DNA of 64,000 nucleotides from Eledone cirrhosa (lineage: Eukaryota), in the NCBI GenBank assembly GCA_964016885.1, contig OZ024744.1, positions 70,060,001 through 70,124,000 of the forward strand, given 5' to 3'. Positions 58,145 through 64,000 of this stretch are shown here, piece by piece; the first letter of the stretch is position 1, and each line of letters begins with the position of its first letter. The notes under the pieces are model-generated. The model saw nothing but the letters and a program-made list of their open reading frames with translations. It ran no database searches and was not told the DNA's origin. A program made the position numbers and the translations under genes.

Positions 58145-60622
58145 ATCTCCATGCTAACGCCAATTACTATAATAACGCGCTTTCTAAAGCCGGTTATCCT
58201 GATAAAATCAAATACAGTAAAGAAACAAATCCTAGAAGATCTTTCAGTAAAATAATTAATCATGATCATTCCAATAACTTTAATAAAAGACCTAGATACA
58301 AAAACATAATCTGGCTCCTTTCTCCATCTCTATTAATAATAATATTCCTAAATTATTCTTTAGTGCCTTAAATAAATGCTTCCCTCCCTCACATATCTAT
58401 AGTAAAATATTTAACAAACACACTATAAAATTTTCTTATTCGACCTCCTCCAACATCTCCAACATTATCTCTAAACACAATAATAAAATACTAAATACTA
58501 AATCTCTTCCTTCCAACACTGAATATCATAATAATAGTAATAGTACTCCCGACGTCATTGTTAACTCTAGGCTAATTTCTGCAAACCCAAATACAACGTC
58601 AAACACAACTTCGTTAAATGTTCTTAATCCCAATCTAAATCAAGAAACTATTATTCCTATCGTAAATAACTTCTCCAATCCAATTCCTCCTATAGATAAC
58701 ACTAGGTCACTTGTTAATAACTCTGTTAATCTCTCTAATCGCAATTGTAATTGCCCTGTTAAAAATAAATGTCCTCTCAACAACCATTGTCTTGAAAAAA
58801 ATTTAATCTATGAATGTAAAGTTATAACTGACACCAATTCCTTTACCTATTTTGGCTCCACTTCCACCTCCTTTAAAGCCCGTCTTTATAATCATCATTC
58901 GTCTTTTAAATACCAACTTAAAAGACCCAACACGGCACTCTCAGAACTCATATGGTCCTTGAAAGACAAAAATATTAACTATAACATCTCTTGGGGGAAG
59001 GTTTGTTCTGCCTCTCTATACTTGAATGCCTCTCTATCCAAAACATGTAATCTCTGTTTATGTGAGAAATTTACCATTATATCTAATTTAGATTCTATAA
59101 TAAATAAACGCACTGACTTGTTTTCTCTCTGCTTGCATAAATTCCACAGAACATTCCATAAAGTATACAGCTAATATCTAATACTTTACCAATTTAAAAT
59201 CCTTTTTCTCAAAGGCACATATATATATATATATATATTTCTTTAAAAATATACCCATCTTTCTACCTTATTTCAATGTTATTTATTATACATTATATAA
59301 TACTAGTTACCCATTCTATATCATTCCTATTTATCACTTCCCTTTCTTCCTTTTTTCCTTTTTTCCTTTTTTCTTTTAATTTCTAACCTCTAATCTGTAC
59401 CTTTTCTTCCTAGATACTTCTCAATTCTCATTATTACTCACCACAATATATCCACTCTTCCTTCTTCCATCCTATCACTGACCATAAAACTTACTATTAC
59501 CCTTTTAAATACTTTATAGTATCACCTTGAAAAATCCTTCGCAAACATAAACATTTTTTTTGACGTTAGATTATTCATCCTCAATTCAATATTTTTTTCT
59601 CCCTTTCATGCTCGTCTAACTTCTACATATTACACATCACAACACATTAAAACAAACTTAAACCCTAACTAATCTCCTTTATTACATTATATTATTACCA
59701 TTAGGAAATACTTCATAAACATACATATTTTGATGTTAAGGTCTTCTCCTTAAACACTATCTCCTTCTTTGCTTTCTGCGCTCATTTGTAAACAAACTAT
59801 TTATATATATTACACATACCTATTACTTTACATAAAAACAAACGTAAACACTAACTAATTCCTCTAAATTCATAATTCATCCACCTCTTCTACTTCTTTT
59901 CACAATATATCCTTAATTACATTACTATTTTTATTTTTAATAATACATATCAACAATTTCTTTTCATCGCACATATTATTAAACCCTTCAATATTCAAAC
60001 CTTAACTTAATATTATTCTTAATACATATTAACAATTTCTTTTCATCGCACATATTATTAAACCCTTCAATATACAAACCTTAATTTAACATTATTCTTA
60101 AATTTTTCTCTTCGTTAATTTTCAAATTCTTTTAATTTATATATTATCTTCCAATGGTTTTTTAACCTCTCTCTGTAAAACAACATATTTTTCTCAGTTA
60201 TAAAAGCTATCTCTCTCTCTCTCTCTATCACCCATCTCTCCTCCTATCTCATCCTTCCTTATTATACTCCTCCCCCTCCATTCTTTACTCTCATCTCCTC
60301 CTCTTTTTCATCCTTTCCAACCCCCCCTCATTGTTTTCCCAATATCACACACCAATCTAAAACTACTTTTCATATGTTGATTTAAAACTCCACTATTCAC
60401 AAGTGTTTTTTAACCTTCATATCATGTCTCCCTATTTTATCTGACGAAAACGCAAACGTCATCGCATGATGATATTTGTTTTTGAAATGCGCATAATAAA
60501 ATACATGTAACTCTTTTAACCATCTTTTGATCTTATATATTATTTACTCCAGTCCTACAAACTGTAGAGTGCTACTTATCCGATATTTGCATTGCTTTAT
60601 TGTACTACAATAAAACTCACCT

Positions 60623-60625
<3 letters not shown>
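58145..60625 (+). mobile_element. 5'-truncated PLE (RT thumb + GIY-YIG to 59174, 3' UTR, pLTR HHR at 60433-60503)
   Basis: YYNNALSKAGY, CNCPVKNKCPLNNHCL, LIY..YFG, CNLCLCEK; pLTR is the same family as 1730 and 2938. Confidence 0.85.
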
Positions 60626-60704
<79 letters not shown>

Positions 60705-61092
60705 GCTATGTATATGTATGTGTATATATAATTATATATATCTGTATGTATATGTATGTGTGTATATAATTGTATTTTATATGCTTCTGTTGTATTTGTG
60801 TGTGTGTATTTTTATTAAGGTGGTGACGTAACTTTTTGTAGATATGTGTGGGTGTGTGTATATGTGTATTTTTATATAATTGTTTATGTGTGTATATATA
60901 TAATAGCCTCAGAAACGGCTCGAGCTCTGCCGTCGGGGTCATACTTTTTCCTATATATATATATATATGTATATGTATGTATATGTATGTATATGTGTGT
61001 GTATTTGTATGGGTGTGTGTGTGTATATATATATATGTGTATGTATATATGTATGTGTATGTATATGCATAATTACATACAGTGATTTTTTT

Positions 61093-61960
61093 TTATATAA
61101 AAGTTTTATATAAAAGTTTTATACAAAAGTTTTGTATTTTGTCTTTTCCTGGGGATTTCCATTTGCTGGTTTTTCTTAGAGCCAAGCACAACTTTATATT
61201 TTCCCATATTTGTTCCTCAAGGTGAGCTGTATCTTTCATTTTTCTGTCTATCCATGGGGCATGTATGTTATGAACTTTTTCTTCGGCCCAGATCTTTTCC
61301 CAGAATTCTTGCACTTCCTCCTTGGGTGGTATTGATTTAGCAGTTATTGTTGACGTACCAATTTTTCTGTAGAAGTTTCTTTGGTTGTTTTTGAACATAT
61401 TATTGTCCTTATAGAATCTAGATCGTTTTTCAAAGCGCCTTATACGAGCAGCTTTGGCCGACACTTTTTGCTTGATTATTTCTATCAGCATGTCTATGTC
61501 ATACTGTACTTTCTTTTCAATTTTCTAAGTTTAGTTTGTTTAACATGTTCACCTACTTTATAGTTTGTTAAAATTTCTATGTCAGATCGGAGAAGGTTTA
61601 TTTGGCGATTGATGTTCTCTTGACAAGTAGATTTCTTGTGTGAATTCCTTTGTTTTTTCATCTTCACTCCACATAAGTGAGTGGTGACTTTAGCCGATGC
61701 ATAATAGAGATGATTTAAATCAGTAATGTTTAGTTTGTTTGTGATGATAATGTTTTTGAGAATTATGTTAGTCTTGTGTATTATCTTTTGGTTCTGTTTG
61801 GAGTTCTGGATCTTAGGGAGGGTATCTCGTTGCCCCATGTCAGATTCTTTCATTTTCATCCATTCGATCATAATTTCATCCTTCAAGTTGGCAAGTTCAT
61901 TCTCATTCATTTCTTTATCATTTACGATCTCATTATTTTCATTTTCATTATTATTATTAT
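61093..61960 (-). mobile_element. R4/Dong-like non-LTR element fragment (N-terminal of RT)
   Basis: AARIRRF..NNMFKNNQRNFYR, EFWEKIW, KWKSPGKDKIQNF. Confidence 0.7.
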
Positions 61961-62187
61961 TATTATTATTGAATGCTATGGTTGACGGAGGCTCGGCTCT
62001 GTAAGGTATTGTAAATTTTGAACGCTATAACAATTGTAAATTGTTTAAAACTTTAACCAACTTGTAGACAAAAACACCCTCCTCCTCGTGAGAGGGGTCT
62101 TTCTGTCCGTTATTTGGCCCTTAGGGGTTAAATAACTGCTTATTGGGGTTTTGTGCCCAATATTTATTTTAAACAAAAAAAAACAAC

Positions 62188-63486
62188 ATGGCTACGAAAA
62201 AGAATTTTCATAGGTCACTCCCACTCATTCCGTCTTCTTCTTCCTCAATCGTCACTACAGCAGAGAGAAGATTGTCTCTCTCCCTCCCTTCTCTTTCGCA
62301 AGCGACGACAGAAAAGAAAAGTCTCGTGCAAAGCGTGCAAGATTTCTCCACGACGACGACGACAACGACGAAACAGGTGTGCGGGAAATACGAAAACCCA
62401 TTTCATTCGTCTGACGTCGGGAATAATAGCAGTAGCAGCTGTAATAACAACAGCAACAGTGACAATGAAAACAACAGTAGCAGCCGCAACAGCATCAGCA
62501 ACAGCATAAACAACAACAGCATTAGCAGCAGCAACAACAACAACAACCACAGCAACAGCGGCGGCAGCAGTAGTCGTAGTACCTGCAGCAACAACAAAAG
62601 TAACAGCAGCTCTGACGACAACAACAACAACAACAACAGCAGCAAAGAAAAACCAATCTCGTTTGCAGGTATCGCGAAGAACCTGGAAACAATCCTCATA
62701 ACAAATGAGGAATTAGAGGAAGCGAAGAAGATGGTGATAAAAACTGGACACCGAGCAATCTGCAAGGCAGCGGAAAATTTTTTCGAAACCCAACAGCACT
62801 GTACGGTCACGTACCGTACAGTAAGTACAAAATCCCGTAGGGTAGAAAGAGCCACAGAGGCTCAAATACAAAAAGCCTTGGGGTCTGTGTGGCAGCGGAA
62901 AACACACATCACCCGAGGCAAGAAATATGCCACCGTAGACGTACTTTTTGCCACACCCCAGGAAGCAAAGGCTCAATCCGTAGTGACCCTAAGGAGCGAG
63001 GAAATGGTGTTGGTGCCCTCCTACTGCGGGCAAAAAATTGTGAGGGTCAAACTGACCCACGTCCCCCTCGGGATGGCCGCTTCTTGGCTGGCCGCGTCTG
63101 TCCTCGTCGGAATCGAGGACAAAACAACTGTACTGCAAGTACAGAAAAAAGTAAGAGAAGATTGGGTCGGCACCTCCATTGAGATGTTAATCCAAACCAA
63201 CCAGGAGTGCATCGAAGCTATGCCGGATGTGATAGACTTCGATAACGGCACTCAACTGCCCATAAGTGTTGAGGGCAAACGCCCGAAATGCTTTCGCTGT
63301 GGATCGAAGACTCACCTCAGGGCCTTCTGCAACGAGAAGACCCTGAGAAAGGAGAAAACCCCCCTCCTTCCGAAACCGGCTCCACGACTACCAGCAACAG
63401 GACAAGCGGCAACCAGAACGATAGGTCCGTGGCACCCATACCCACGCCACGGAAATCAAAAACAGCAGCAGCAGTGGAAGTATTAA
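62188..63486 (+). CDS. ORF1 (gag-like, CCHC knuckle) of an L1/Tx1-type LINE; element runs past the window end
   Basis: VEGKRPKCFRCGSKTHLRAFC, homologous to the ORF1 remnant at ~12080-12150; N/S low-complexity tract. Confidence 0.75.
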   Translation: MATKKNFHRSLPLIPSSSSSIVTTAERRLSLSLPSLSQATTEKKSLVQSVQDFSTTTTTTTKQVCGKYENPFHSSDVGNNSSSSCNNNSNSDNENNSSSRNSISNSINNNSISSSNNNNNHSNSGGSSSRSTCSNNKSNSSSDDNNNNNNSSKEKPISFAGIAKNLETILITNEELEEAKKMVIKTGHRAICKAAENFFETQQHCTVTYRTVSTKSRRVERATEAQIQKALGSVWQRKTHITRGKKYATVDVLFATPQEAKAQSVVTLRSEEMVLVPSYCGQKIVRVKLTHVPLGMAASWLAASVLVGIEDKTTVLQVQKKVREDWVGTSIEMLIQTNQECIEAMPDVIDFDNGTQLPISVEGKRPKCFRCGSKTHLRAFCNEKTLRKEKTPLLPKPAPRLPATGQAATRTIGPWHPYPRHGNQKQQQQWKY

Positions 63487-64000
63487 CAACAACAACAACA
63501 GCAATACCAAATGCAGCTGCAACAGAGACTCCAGTGCAAACATCACCAACAACAACAAGTGAAAGAGTGGAGCTGGTACCCCTCCCCGACCTCACAGAAT
63601 CAGACATGGAGTGTGAGGTGGGAGAGGGATGGCAAAAGGTCGTAAGAAGGCACAAACGCAGAAGCAGCGCATCGTCGCCTTTCAAAAGGGAGGAAAGAAA
63701 TGAAAAAAGGGTAAAGTCTACTGCAAAGAGACTCACAGCAGCAACACCACCAACACCATCACCACCCACACTAGCACCACCATCACCACCGGCGACAACC
63801 CCACCGCCAACAACAACAACACCTTCAACACCACCACCACAAGCACCAACATCGCAAACACAACAACAAAACACACACACCCAGCAAAAACGACAAGAAA
63901 ATAGCAGAACCACACGCCACCCCCAGAAAAACAAATGCACGGCAATAAATACACACAACAAGAAACTAATGACTTACATAATTGAACACACAGACATTTC

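Noticed and set aside
62403-62855. Leu-rich antisense ORF
   Set aside because: Reverse reading of the (AAC/AGC)n tract in LINE ORF1.

Overview
Eukaryotic, AT-rich, repeat-saturated DNA with no recognisable host gene. The (TA)n/(CA)n density and the SINE-like motif TTTGCCTTTCATCCTTACG(G/T)GGTCGATAAAATAA resemble octopus repeats (inference from memory, not a search). The window is a nest of decayed mobile elements: at least seven Penelope-like element (PLE) copies or fragments (RT with GxYRDD plus C-terminal GIY-YIG), CRE-, L1/Tx1-, RTE- and R4/Dong-like LINE fragments, a Gypsy fragment, a non-autonomous LTR element, a Charlie-type hAT transposon, a HINE/DINE-1-like element, SINEs and a 5-kb minisatellite. 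Read by eye, it also holds more than 20 hammerhead ribozyme (HHR) motifs in PLE pseudo-LTRs and small partial-tandem, retrozyme-like elements. The main finding is a ~100-nt motif present in 4 copies from 2 diverged families (29736, 30249, 56538, 57063). It carries all hammerhead core strands, but in the order UH, GAAA, CUGANGA, which is not type I, II or III. It is held by covarying crossed helices and has a box C/D-type kink-turn in stem III, making it a candidate new hammerhead topology. All RNA structures are manual predictions and untested.
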